Source: an uncultured Candidatus Saccharibacteria bacterium (GTDB lineage Bacteria; Patescibacteriota; Minisyncoccia; JAHISW01; Tagabacteraceae). From it: a stretch of 64,000 nucleotides of DNA. The notes below the pieces were generated by a model that saw only the letters and a list, made by a program, of their open reading frames with translations, ran no database searches and was not told where the DNA came from. Shown piece after piece: positions 25,128-34,530 of this stretch. The first letter of the stretch is position 1. Each line of letters begins with the position of its first letter. The position numbers and the translations under genes were made by a program. The stretch covers positions 434 to 64,433 of the forward strand of contig CAZRMW010000004.1 in assembly GCA_964601305.1 (NCBI GenBank). The letters are read 5' to 3'.

Positions 25128-28100
25128 AACAACAGATTTTGATTCAATAGTTTTAAAACTTGCTTCTCCGGAAGATGTTTTAGGGTGGTCGCATGGCGAG
25201 GTTACAAAAGCAGAAACTATTAATTATAGAACTCAGCGCGCAGAGCGCGAAGGTCTTTTTGATGAAAGAATTTTTGGCCCAGAAAAAGACTACGAATGTT
25301 ATTGTGGTAAATATCGGAGAATTAGATACAAAGGAATTGTTTGTGAAAAATGTGGAGTGGAAGTAACCAGATCTATTGTAAGAAGAGAAAGAATGGGGCA
25401 CATAGCTCTTGCCGCACCCGTGGCACACATTTGGTTCTTGAGGGGTATACCTTCAAGAATTGGCCTGCTTTTCGATATTTCTATAGCTAACCTTGAAAAA
25501 GTAATTTATTTTGCAGGATATATTGTTACCAAAGTAAACGATGATGAAAGGCAAGAAATATCTGCTCAAATTAAAAAAGAATATAAAGTAAAATCTAAAA
25601 CATTAACAGATGCGAAAGATAAGGTAAATCTAAAAAGTGCTTTGTCTACAGCAGAAAAAGAGCTTACAAGTATTTCTAAGCATAAAGTTTTAGATGAAAT
25701 AGAGTACAGAAAACTTAGTCTAAAATATGGAGAGCTTTTTGAAGCAAAGTCTGGAGCCGAAGCACTTCACGAAATTTGTAAAGATTTAGATTTAGAAAAA
25801 CTATTTCAAAGATTAGAAAAAGAATACGAAACAGCTTCGACACAAAACAAGAAAAAATTACTAAAAAGAATTTCTTTTGTAAGACTTATGAAAAAATCTG
25901 GTATAAGACCAGAGTGGATGTTTATGACTGTAATTCCTGTGATACCTCCAGCTCTAAGACCCATGGTTCAATTAGATGGAGGAAGGCACGCCACCTCAGA
26001 TGTAAACGATCTTTATAGAAGAGTTTTAAATAGAAACAACAGGCTTAAAAAACTTTTAGATTTAAATGCACCAGATGTAATTGTAAAAAACGAAAAAAGA
26101 ATGCTTCAAGAATCTGTGGATGCGCTTATAGACAACTCTATCAGAAGAAGTCAGGGAGCAGTTGTTAGCCAGTGGCAAAAGAGGCCACTAAAATCTTTGG
26201 CAGATTCTTTGCGAGGAAAACAGGGAAGATTTAGACAAAATCTTCTTGGAAAAAGAGTAGACTATTCTGGGCGTTCAGTTATTGTTGTTGGACCAAATCT
26301 AAAACTAGACCAGTGTGGATTGCCTAAACATATGGCACTAGAGCTTTTCAGACCTTTTGTTATTTCTCAGCTTATAAAAAGAGAATTTGCATATAACATT
26401 CGAGGCGCAAATAAACTTATAGATGAAAAAACAGACGATGTTTGGGAAATTTTAGAGCAAGTAATAGAAGACAAACATGTATTATTAAACCGTGCGCCAA
26501 CTTTGCACAGGCTTGGTATTCAGGCTTTTAGGCCAATTCTTATAGACGGCAAAGCTATTCAAGTTCACCCTCTTGTTTGTAGTGCGTTTAATGCCGACTT
26601 CGATGGAGACCAAATGGCTGTACATGTGCCACTAAGTAAAGAAGCACAAGAAGAGGCAAAAGAAATAATGGCTTCTGTAAAAAATCTTCTTCTTCCTAGA
26701 ACGGGTGCTCCAGTGGTAAATCCTTCTCAAGATATTGTTTTGGGATGTTATTTTATGACTCGTATTAAAAAGGGAGCTATTGGTGAAGGACAGTATTTTT
26801 CTGGCCCAAACGAGGCTATTACTTCTTACGATTTTGGCTTTACCGATCTACAAGCTTTAGTGAAAGTTAAAATAGGTAGTTCTAAAAAATATGCGCATCT
26901 TCTTAAAGAAGGTATTATAGAAACTACAGTTGGTAGACTACTTTTCAATAGTGTTTTACCTTCAGAATTTGATTTTATAAACGAGGAGTTTACAAAGAAA
27001 AAATTAGCAAAAACTATTCAAGATTTAATCGCAGAGTTTGGGGTAGATGCCGTGCCTGGTGTTTTAGATAAAATAAAAACTTTTGGATATGAATATGCTA
27101 CAAGGTCTGGCGTTTCTTGGGGAATGAAAGATATTGTGGAGCCTGAACAAAAAGAAAAAATTCTAAAAGAAGCAGAGGTAAAAGATCAAGAAAATTATGA
27201 TCAGTACAACGAAGGTCTTCTGTCTGAAGACGAACGTTATCAAAAATCATTAACTATTTGGCAAGATGCGCAGGGAAGAGTAAACGATTTAGTGCCAAAA
27301 TCTTTAAATGAATTTGGTCCAGTTAATAGTATGGTGTCTTGTGCAGCTAGGGGATCTTGGGGGCAAATTAGCCAGATGGCAGGAATGAAAGGATTAGTGA
27401 TGAATCCATCTGGGAAAATTATAGACTTCCCTATTCGCTCATCTTACAAAGAGGGACTAAATGTTTTAGAATATTTCATTTCTACTCACGGTGCTAGAAA
27501 AGGTACTGCTGACACAGCTCTTAAAACAGCTAAGGCAGGATATCTTACAAGGCGTCTTGTGGATGTGTCGCAAGATATAGTGGTTAGTGAAGAAAATTGT
27601 GGAACTAAAAAAGGTATCTTTTTAGAAAGACCGAAAGATGAAGCTTTTGGAGGAAGTTTTTCTTCAAGACTAAAAGGCAGGACTTTGCTTAAAGAAGTTG
27701 TTGTAGACAAAGAAAAACTAAAAGCTGGCCATTTGATTGCATTTAAAGATGCTGAAAATATAGAAAATTCTGATGTCAGTGGTGTTTGGGTAAGGTCTCC
27801 GCTCACTTGCGAATCTGGTTGGGGAGTATGTCAAAAGTGCTATGGATACGATCTTGGGTTTAATAAATTAGTAAAGCTTGGTGAAGCAGTTGGTATTGTG
27901 GCAGCTCAGGCTATTGGAGAGCCTGGTACACAGCTTACTATGAGAACTTTCCATGTTGGTGGTGTAGCCACAAAAAGTGGTGATATTACCTTAGGCCTTC
28001 CTAGGGTGGAAGAGCTTTTTGAAACAAGGACGCCCTCAAATGCTGCTCTTATAGCAGAGTTTGATGGTTCGGTTGTAGATATAAAAGAATCTGAAGAAGG

Positions 28101-28824
28101 AGGAAGAGAAAAAACAGTTACTATTTTACCAACTTCTGAAGATGTAAAAAAAGCCAACCTTGCAGCAAGGAGAACAAAAACAACCAAAAAAGATAAAAAA
28201 CCAACAGAATCTAAAGATTACACTGTGGTTTTTGGAAAGAGAGTTTTAGTTGAAAAAGGCAAAGATATAAAAGCAGGGGATCCACTAACAGATGGCCCAA
28301 TCGATGTAAAAGAATTGTTTAAAGTTGCCGGTGTTGAACCTGCTCAAAATTATATTCTAAAAGAGGTTGGAAGAGTTTATGATATACAAGGAGTGTCTAT
28401 AAATAGAAAGCATTTAGAAGTTGTTGTGCGTCAAATGTTTTCTCGAGTAAAAATAAAATCTTCTGGAGATACAAACTTAGATAAAGGGAAAATTATAGAA
28501 AAAACATTGTTTTTAGAAGAAAACAAAAAAGCAAAAGAAGCTGGCGGTGAAGAAGCTGTTGGTAAACAACTTTTAATGGGAATGACTAAGGTTTCTTTAA
28601 GCACTGTTAGTTTCCTTTCTTCAGCTTCTTTCCAAGATACTTCGAGAGTTCTTATTTCTACAGCAACAGAAGGTGGAGAAGACAAGCTAAGAGGATTAAA
28701 AGAAAATGTTATTATTGGGCGATTGATACCAGCAGGAACAGGTTTTAGGAGAGACTTAAAAAGTCAAAACAAAGAAGAAGAGGTAGAAAACGAAGATAAA
28801 GTTGAAGAAGAAGTAGAAGAGTAA
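25117..28824 (+). CDS. rpoC: DNA-directed RNA polymerase beta' subunit.
   Basis: Zinc-binding CxxC...CxxC N-terminus, NADFDGDQMAVH catalytic motif, acidic C-terminal tail. Confidence 0.9.
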   Translation: MNTKTTDFDSIVLKLASPEDVLGWSHGEVTKAETINYRTQRAEREGLFDERIFGPEKDYECYCGKYRRIRYKGIVCEKCGVEVTRSIVRRERMGHIALAAPVAHIWFLRGIPSRIGLLFDISIANLEKVIYFAGYIVTKVNDDERQEISAQIKKEYKVKSKTLTDAKDKVNLKSALSTAEKELTSISKHKVLDEIEYRKLSLKYGELFEAKSGAEALHEICKDLDLEKLFQRLEKEYETASTQNKKKLLKRISFVRLMKKSGIRPEWMFMTVIPVIPPALRPMVQLDGGRHATSDVNDLYRRVLNRNNRLKKLLDLNAPDVIVKNEKRMLQESVDALIDNSIRRSQGAVVSQWQKRPLKSLADSLRGKQGRFRQNLLGKRVDYSGRSVIVVGPNLKLDQCGLPKHMALELFRPFVISQLIKREFAYNIRGANKLIDEKTDDVWEILEQVIEDKHVLLNRAPTLHRLGIQAFRPILIDGKAIQVHPLVCSAFNADFDGDQMAVHVPLSKEAQEEAKEIMASVKNLLLPRTGAPVVNPSQDIVLGCYFMTRIKKGAIGEGQYFSGPNEAITSYDFGFTDLQALVKVKIGSSKKYAHLLKEGIIETTVGRLLFNSVLPSEFDFINEEFTKKKLAKTIQDLIAEFGVDAVPGVLDKIKTFGYEYATRSGVSWGMKDIVEPEQKEKILKEAEVKDQENYDQYNEGLLSEDERYQKSLTIWQDAQGRVNDLVPKSLNEFGPVNSMVSCAARGSWGQISQMAGMKGLVMNPSGKIIDFPIRSSYKEGLNVLEYFISTHGARKGTADTALKTAKAGYLTRRLVDVSQDIVVSEENCGTKKGIFLERPKDEAFGGSFSSRLKGRTLLKEVVVDKEKLKAGHLIAFKDAENIENSDVSGVWVRSPLTCESGWGVCQKCYGYDLGFNKLVKLGEAVGIVAAQAIGEPGTQLTMRTFHVGGVATKSGDITLGLPRVEELFETRTPSNAALIAEFDGSVVDIKESEEGGREKTVTILPTSEDVKKANLAARRTKTTKKDKKPTESKDYTVVFGKRVLVEKGKDIKAGDPLTDGPIDVKELFKVAGVEPAQNYILKEVGRVYDIQGVSINRKHLEVVVRQMFSRVKIKSSGDTNLDKGKIIEKTLFLEENKKAKEAGGEEAVGKQLLMGMTKVSLSTVSFLSSASFQDTSRVLISTATEGGEDKLRGLKENVIIGRLIPAGTGFRRDLKSQNKEEEVENEDKVEEEVEE

Positions 28825-28923
28825 TATTTATGTAAAAACTGATAAACACAAAAATTTCTGGCTTTTGCTGGAAATTTTTGTATTATGAAAGGAAAGATAT
28901 TTGAAAACTAGGAGGAAATTATC

Positions 28924-29760
28924 ATGAAATTTTTTATAGCTTTTATAATCATATTTCTTTTTTCCTTTAATGTTCAAGCGTCAGAAAGCGAACTAAATAT
29001 ATCAAGATCTTTTTTGGGTGCATATAAGAAAACAGTGCGTTTTGAAGAAGATATTAAAAAACACAGAAGAAAGTACGACATAAACAGAGAGCTGGCTTTT
29101 GCTATTGCCATGTTTGAGACAGGTGGGAATGAAGAACTTGTCTCTTCAATGGGTGCACAAAAACTTTTTCAGGTAATGCCCGCAACTTTTAGGGCAATGA
29201 ATGTTCCAAGCAACATTGAGGCTGGAATAAAATATTTAAAAATATTAAGCAAGATTTTTAAAAAAAGAGACGATATAATTATGGCTTACAATGGTGGACC
29301 GAGCAGAGTAAAAAGAAGAAAACCAAAAACAGAAACACAACAGTATCTTTTGGGCGTTAATGCTTATCTTGATTTGTTAGAAAACAAAAAATCAAGAATA
29401 AAAAAAATTATACAGGGCTTAAAAATTATAAAACTTGAAAAGGATTATGCTTGGGAAGATTTATCTAAAAAATTGCAGGTTTCTATTGTTGAACTTCGTT
29501 TATATAATCCCTTTATCGCGTACAGAAGCAAAAAAATAATAAAAAGTGGTGGGATTATTGTTTATCCTAAAATTTCACAAAAAGTTGTTAGCGACGATGG
29601 TTATTATACGGTGAGGCAAGGAGATATTCTGCATCACTTAGCAAATGCTTTTGGTTTTAGTTATGATGAAATGAGAGAAAGAACCAACACTGCTATGGTA
29701 GAGTCAATAAAACCAGGTACAAAGATAGATGTTTCTGATTCTCATTTCATACAAAAATAA
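28924..29760 (+). CDS. Secreted SLT-domain lytic transglycosylase with two LysM domains.
   Basis: Signal peptide. AMFETGGNEELVSSMGAQKLFQVMPATF is SLT. YYTVRQGDILHHLANAFG...IKPGTKIDV is LysM. Confidence 0.6.
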   Translation: MKFFIAFIIIFLFSFNVQASESELNISRSFLGAYKKTVRFEEDIKKHRRKYDINRELAFAIAMFETGGNEELVSSMGAQKLFQVMPATFRAMNVPSNIEAGIKYLKILSKIFKKRDDIIMAYNGGPSRVKRRKPKTETQQYLLGVNAYLDLLENKKSRIKKIIQGLKIIKLEKDYAWEDLSKKLQVSIVELRLYNPFIAYRSKKIIKSGGIIVYPKISQKVVSDDGYYTVRQGDILHHLANAFGFSYDEMRERTNTAMVESIKPGTKIDVSDSHFIQK

Positions 29761-29795
29761 AAAACCCTGTTCCAGGCTAGGAATGGGGTTTTGTG

Positions 29796-30191
29796 TTACA
29801 TTTTTTGAAGTACCTTAATTTTATAATAACTACAAGCATAGCTCACAATGTCTAGCGCCATTTGTCGCGTCAGTGTTTTGTTGGCCATGGCGTATTTTAT
29901 TTCTGAAAGAGTTGAGTCTATACTTGTCTTTTTAAAAACAGTCTTTGGGTCTCCCATTTTTGCTATAAAAATTTCTGTTGGCTTAATTTCAAATTTTGAT
30001 ATTAAAAGACCTGTTAGTTTTATAATATCTTTTTTTTCAAAGACCCTATATTTTATTTTGTTGTTTAGTTGAATAACCATTGTAGTGCAGTATTTGTTGT
30101 CAAAATTTGCTGCAGGAATAAAATTTTTTCTTCTTTCTTTTTTCTCTCTTTCTTTTTGTAGGTCTTCAAATTTTATTATATTATTTGCCAT
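29796..30191 (-). CDS. Hypothetical protein of 131 aa. The start is taken at the MANNIIK ATG, which overlaps the upstream gene's stop by 1 nt.
   Basis: The ORF is coupled to 30191..30799. No recognised motifs. Confidence 0.4.
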   Translation of the reverse strand: MANNIIKFEDLQKEREKKERRKNFIPAANFDNKYCTTMVIQLNNKIKYRVFEKKDIIKLTGLLISKFEIKPTEIFIAKMGDPKTVFKKTSIDSTLSEIKYAMANKTLTRQMALDIVSYACSYYKIKVLQKM

Positions 30192-30799
30192 TATTGCGAC
30201 ACCTTTTTTCTGTGTTTCTTTATTTTTGTTTTTATAAAAATTTTTAGAGCATTGTCTTGGCTTTTGCACTCAAGTTCTGAAATTTCTTCGGTAAGTTTGT
30301 TTAAAAATAAAAACAAAACAGAATACAAAACATTGAAATGAAGTTTTTTACATCCAAATTCTTTCAAATTTGGTTTTTCAATTTTTTCAAGAGAAAGATT
30401 CTCTTCTGTAAAAATATTAAACATCATACTAAGAAATTTTTGTTTTGCCATCTCTACAATAAAACCGACAACCATTTCACAACTTATATTTTCAGTATCT
30501 ACAACCTGGTCAATAAATGAACAACTTATACGATGGTCTCTTTTAAGTTCCATGGCAGTCATAGCAATTGCTCTTATAAGCATTGAATCTAGAGGACTTT
30601 TTGTAAAAGTTTCTTTTGTTTGTTCTGTATGAAAACTAAAAACTCTTTCATCTTTATTTAAATCAAGGCTGACTGGCAAATTCAATTCTGTCCATTTGCC
30701 TAGTATTTTTTCATCGTAGTTGATTTCTTTTTTCAAAAGATTAGTAAGCTCAAAAACAAAAGTGTCTTTATCTTTCAAGATGTTTTTTTGGAGCCTCAT
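30191..30799 (-). CDS. Hypothetical protein of 202 aa.
   Basis: Long ORF with a protein-like composition. No recognised motifs. Its upstream region contains GC palindromes at 30815-30860. Confidence 0.4.
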   Translation of the reverse strand: MRLQKNILKDKDTFVFELTNLLKKEINYDEKILGKWTELNLPVSLDLNKDERVFSFHTEQTKETFTKSPLDSMLIRAIAMTAMELKRDHRISCSFIDQVVDTENISCEMVVGFIVEMAKQKFLSMMFNIFTEENLSLEKIEKPNLKEFGCKKLHFNVLYSVLFLFLNKLTEEISELECKSQDNALKIFIKTKIKKHRKKVSQ

Positions 30800-30957
30800 T
30801 TTTGCACCTCGTATCCCGCCAGAGGCGGATAAATTTCAATGTTTACCCGCCTTTGGCGGGTTCTTTCTTCAGTATTCCACAATTTCACCAAAAATCAACC
30901 TTCTAGCAGGCGAGCAAGTCTTTTGATTTTTGGGGGGTAAAAAGTTAGTATAGATGT

Positions 30958-32637
30958 ATGAGCAGTTCTACTGTAGATCAAATAAAACAAAGGCTTAGTG
31001 TTGCGGATGTGGTGGGTTCCTATATCAAAATACAAAAGGCAGGTGCTAATTTTAGAGCTTGCTGCCCCTTTCATAATGAAAAAACACCTTCTTTTTACGT
31101 CTCTCCATCTCGTGAAATATGGCATTGTTTTGGGTGTGGCGCAGGTGGAGATTTGTTCGAATTTGTAAAAAGAATAGAGGGTATAGATTTTCCGGAAGCA
31201 TTAAAAGTGCTTGCCGACAGAGCCGGAGTTCAGATAGTTCACCAAAACCCAAAACTTTATAATGAAAAAACAAAGCTTTTAGAATTAATGAAAGAAGCAG
31301 TTCTTTTTTATCAAAAAAAACTTACAGAAAACAAAGAGGCTTTAAATTATCTTTGGGATAGGGGTCTAAAAAATGAAACTTTAAAAAATTTTAATATAGG
31401 CTTTTCTCCAGAAGAAGATGGAGGAAGCTGGAGGAACCTTTTTTATCACTTAAAAAACAAGGGCTATACTGGGCAGGAAATGGAAAAAGCCGGATTGGTA
31501 ATTAAAAAAAGTAGCGAGGATTTTTATGATAGATTTCGTGGGCGTATAATGTTTCCCCTAAAAGATGCTTCGGGCAGGTTTGTGGGTTTTTCAGGAAGAA
31601 TATTTAATGAAGTAAAAAAAGACGTGGGGAAATATATAAATACACCACAAACAATTTTATACGATAAGTCTAAAATTTTGTACGGGTTCGATAGGGCAAA
31701 AGTGGAAATAACAAAAGAAGATTCGTGTGTTTTGGTTGAGGGGCAAATGGACGTACTAATGTCTCATCAGTCGGGCATAGAAAACACCGTAGCTGTTTCG
31801 GGCACAGCTCTTACAGAAGGGCACCTAAGCATAATTCACAGACTAACTAACAATATTATTATGGCTTTCGACAGTGACGAGGCGGGGGAAAGTGCCGCAA
31901 AAAGAAGTATAGATATTTCTCTTCAGGAGGGGTTTGAAGTGGAGGCTATATCTTTACCAGAAGACGAGGACCCTGCAGATGTAATTTTAAAAGACAAAGA
32001 AAAATGGAAAGGGTTGGTTGAAAATTCAGTCCATATTATAGAATTTTATTTAACTGTTTTAAGAAGTAGGTACAAGGACGAAAGAAAGTTTAAACTAGCG
32101 GTGGAAAAAAGTGTATTGCCATATATTTTGTTTATACAAAGTGGGGTAGATAGAAGCCATTGGGTGAAAGAAATATCTAATCGTCTTGGGGTGAAAGAAG
32201 AAGTTATTTTAGAAGAGCTTAGAAAAATAAATAGAAACAAAAAAGACATTGTTGGTGCTCAAAAAAAAGAAAATAACAATATAAAAACTAAAAAAGAACT
32301 ACTAAAAGAAAAATTGGCAGGTATTTTTTTGTGGAAAAAGGAGAAGATAGAATTGCCAGAAATGGTTTTAAAAGAAATAAAAGAGTTTACAAAAAATCTA
32401 AAAGAGGAAAATAAAAATAAAATAATTTTGGAAGCAGAACTTTTTTATGGTGAAGATACGGGCTTGAAAAAAGAAGTTGAAAATTTGTCTAAAGAATTAA
32501 AAACAGAAATTACAAAAGAAAAACTGAATAATTTAGCTGAAGAGGTGAGGGGGCTGGAGGCAAAGGGTGAGTCTGAAAAACTAGAAAAAAAATTAGAAGA
32601 GTTTCAAACTTTATCCCGCGAACTCGCAGGGATATAA
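30958..32637 (+). CDS. dnaG: DNA primase.
   Basis: CHC2 zinc finger CPFHNEKTPSF..HCFGCGAGGD. TOPRIM VLVEGQMDVLMSHQSG. Confidence 0.85.
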   Translation: MSSSTVDQIKQRLSVADVVGSYIKIQKAGANFRACCPFHNEKTPSFYVSPSREIWHCFGCGAGGDLFEFVKRIEGIDFPEALKVLADRAGVQIVHQNPKLYNEKTKLLELMKEAVLFYQKKLTENKEALNYLWDRGLKNETLKNFNIGFSPEEDGGSWRNLFYHLKNKGYTGQEMEKAGLVIKKSSEDFYDRFRGRIMFPLKDASGRFVGFSGRIFNEVKKDVGKYINTPQTILYDKSKILYGFDRAKVEITKEDSCVLVEGQMDVLMSHQSGIENTVAVSGTALTEGHLSIIHRLTNNIIMAFDSDEAGESAAKRSIDISLQEGFEVEAISLPEDEDPADVILKDKEKWKGLVENSVHIIEFYLTVLRSRYKDERKFKLAVEKSVLPYILFIQSGVDRSHWVKEISNRLGVKEEVILEELRKINRNKKDIVGAQKKENNNIKTKKELLKEKLAGIFLWKKEKIELPEMVLKEIKEFTKNLKEENKNKIILEAELFYGEDTGLKKEVENLSKELKTEITKEKLNNLAEEVRGLEAKGESEKLEKKLEEFQTLSRELAGI

Positions 32638-32642
32638 AGCAG

Positions 32643-32678
32643 TTGACACAAGATACCATTAGTATATACTGATGGTAT
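32643..32678 (+). promoter_or_regulatory. Promoter TTGACA-16-TATACT, with an overlapping near-perfect palindrome operator (ATACCATTAGTA TA TACTGATGGTAT) for the relB/dinJ-yafQ operon.
   Basis: ttgaca at 32643-32648. The palindrome at 32653-32678 spans the -10 element. Confidence 0.55.
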
Positions 32679-32701
32679 ATAAGCAATAAAGTTAAAATTT
32701 T

Positions 32702-32971
32702 ATGAAAACACAAATTAATTTAAAAATAGACCCGGGTGTAAAAAAAATGGCTCAAAAAAAAGCTAAAGATATTGGTCTTTCTTTAAGTTCGGTTGTAAAT
32801 GCTTCTCTTAAACAATTTGCTAATACGGGAGAGTTGCATTTGTATTCTAGTTACAAAATGACTCCGAAGTTAGAAAAGATAGTTGAAAAGGCAAGAGAAG
32901 AATACAAAAAGGGAAAAAGTTTTGGTCCTTTTTCTACCGTCAGTGAATTGATGGATAGTCTAAATAGTTAG
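32702..32971 (+). CDS. dinJ: RelB/DinJ-family antitoxin.
   Basis: INLKIDPGVKKMAQKKAKDIGLSLSSVVNASLKQF. Confidence 0.65.
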   Translation: MKTQINLKIDPGVKKMAQKKAKDIGLSLSSVVNASLKQFANTGELHLYSSYKMTPKLEKIVEKAREEYKKGKSFGPFSTVSELMDSLNS

Positions 32972-32978
32972 AGTTTTT

Positions 32979-33236
32979 ATGAGACTAAGATATTCGAGTA
33001 ATTTTAAAAGGCAATACAAAAAACTACCTAAAAATATTAAAAAGAAGACTGGCGAAAGAATAAAAATATTTTTAGAGAATCCAAGAAATTCATTGCTTAG
33101 AGTTCACAGATTGTTGGGGAAATTACAAAATTCTTGGAGTATGAATATAACCGGCAATATTCGAATTGTCTTTGATTATGATAAAAACGGTCTTTTCTTA
33201 ATCGCAATTGGAACACATAGTGAGTTGTATAAATGA
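32979..33236 (+). CDS. yafQ: YafQ/RelE-family toxin (mRNA interferase).
   Basis: FKRQYKKLPKNIKKK...ENPRNSLLRVHRLLGKL...IRIVFDYDKNGLFLIAIGTHSELY. Confidence 0.65.
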   Translation: MRLRYSSNFKRQYKKLPKNIKKKTGERIKIFLENPRNSLLRVHRLLGKLQNSWSMNITGNIRIVFDYDKNGLFLIAIGTHSELYK

Positions 33237-33253
33237 ATATATAAAATAAATTT

Positions 33254-33730
33254 ATGAATGAAATTCCTAAAAATATCAAAATTGACAAAAACTTATCTTG
33301 CTCTCTTCATGACGACAAAAACAACAAAAAAATACTTGAAATATTAAAATCTGAAAATAGAAACTGGTATCATTATACAGATGTAAAAAAACCAGAATCT
33401 ATTGAAGATGTGAATAAATATACTGGGTCTGGGAAAATGTTTTTTGATATTTTTTATAAAAACAATTTGATTGGGATGGTTGAGTTTAACTCTGAAAAAA
33501 ATTATTTGAGCTATTGGTTGGCTTCAAAATTTCACAATAAAGGAATTATGTCGAAAATTCTTAAAAATATCTCGGACTTGTTTTTAGAACTAGGGCTTTC
33601 AGAAGTTTTTGTGCATATTCAGGATGAAAATATAGCGAGTATTCGCGTAGCAGAAAAAAGTGGGTTTAAACTAAAAAGAAGAAAAGTTTATGATGAAGAC
33701 GACATAATGCTTTTGTTTTCTAAAAAATAA
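33254..33730 (+). CDS. GNAT-family N-acetyltransferase.
   Basis: GLSEVFVHIQDENIASIRVAEKSGFK is the acetyl-CoA binding motif region. Confidence 0.55.
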   Translation: MNEIPKNIKIDKNLSCSLHDDKNNKKILEILKSENRNWYHYTDVKKPESIEDVNKYTGSGKMFFDIFYKNNLIGMVEFNSEKNYLSYWLASKFHNKGIMSKILKNISDLFLELGLSEVFVHIQDENIASIRVAEKSGFKLKRRKVYDEDDIMLLFSKK

Positions 33731-33782
33731 ATTTGTATATTTTGTATATAAAACAAGCGACCGCTTAAACTCTATATTTTTT

Positions 33783-33910
33783 AAAACCTACTCTAAGACA
33801 CGCTATCGCTCCAGTTAGGGTAGGTTTTGGAATTTTGACCTTGGTTTTAAAGTTTAATTTTTGAAAAGGTACAAAGTCTAGCGGTCGCGGAGGTTTGTAT
33901 CTTTTGTTTT
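33783..33910. repeat. Composite repeat R1, copy 1. A 12-bp-stem hairpin AAACCTAC.CTA...TAGGGTAGGTTT with a GCTATCGC loop core is followed by the AAAAGGTACAAAGTCTAGCGGTCGCGGAGGTTTGTA module.
   Basis: It matches 42601-42700 (both modules) and 58974-59019 (hairpin only). Confidence 0.8.
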
Positions 33911-34005
33911 TATAAACTATAGACAAGAAATATAATGTGTGTTAGTTTTGTCTGCAGAAACATAAAATAATTAACCAGCGCTACACAAAGAAAAGGAGGA
34001 AGAAA

Positions 34006-34482
34006 ATGGGCATTTTGAATAAATACCTGGTAAGAAAGGCAATTTGGTTGGCAACACCGAGCATCTTGAAAATTTTGGAACACAAAGGTGCAACTTGGGG
34101 TCCGAAGTGGGTAACAGGCTTTGTGTCGATCCCTGATCGTGAAGAATGGATTGATTTTCAGATAGGAGAAGATCCGGAAGAAAAATGGTCGTCGGAATGG
34201 GGGAATCCTGACAGGTTTTTTGAAATAGCTGGAAAGAAAATGGCTGTGGTTGAGAGAGAAGGAAAAGCGACCAGTGTTGTGGTTGCAACCCGGCCCTGGC
34301 GTTTGAAAGACGGAGAGTATCTTTATCCTGGCGGAGCAACTCGCGATGGTATATCCGTGGTGGCTTCGGGAGCGAAAGGACGAGCAGATGAGGCAATTTC
34401 TGAAATTATTCTTTCTGCTATTCGGATGCTTGCATTTCTTAAGGCTGATGTAAAGGTTGAAGCACACGAGATGAAAATTTAA
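34006..34482 (+). CDS. DUF336 (GlcG/HbpS-like, putative heme-binding) protein. It is markedly more GC-rich than its neighbours.
   Basis: YPGGATRDGISVVASGAKGRADEAI fits the DUF336 GG.P...G..vGAiGvSG...D core. Strong RBS aaaggagga. Codon usage is rich in GGC, CCG and GCG. Confidence 0.5.
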   Translation: MGILNKYLVRKAIWLATPSILKILEHKGATWGPKWVTGFVSIPDREEWIDFQIGEDPEEKWSSEWGNPDRFFEIAGKKMAVVEREGKATSVVVATRPWRLKDGEYLYPGGATRDGISVVASGAKGRADEAISEIILSAIRMLAFLKADVKVEAHEMKI

Positions 34483-34505
34483 TAAATTTGGTTATAAAAA
34501 CAAAC

Positions 34506-34530
34506 ACCGCCTGCAAATGCAGGCGGTGTA
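34506..34530. terminator. Bidirectional intrinsic terminator (CACCGCCTGC-AAAT-GCAGGCGGTG) shared by the DUF336 gene and the convergent rnpB.
   Basis: A perfect 10-bp GC stem with T-runs on both sides. Confidence 0.65.
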
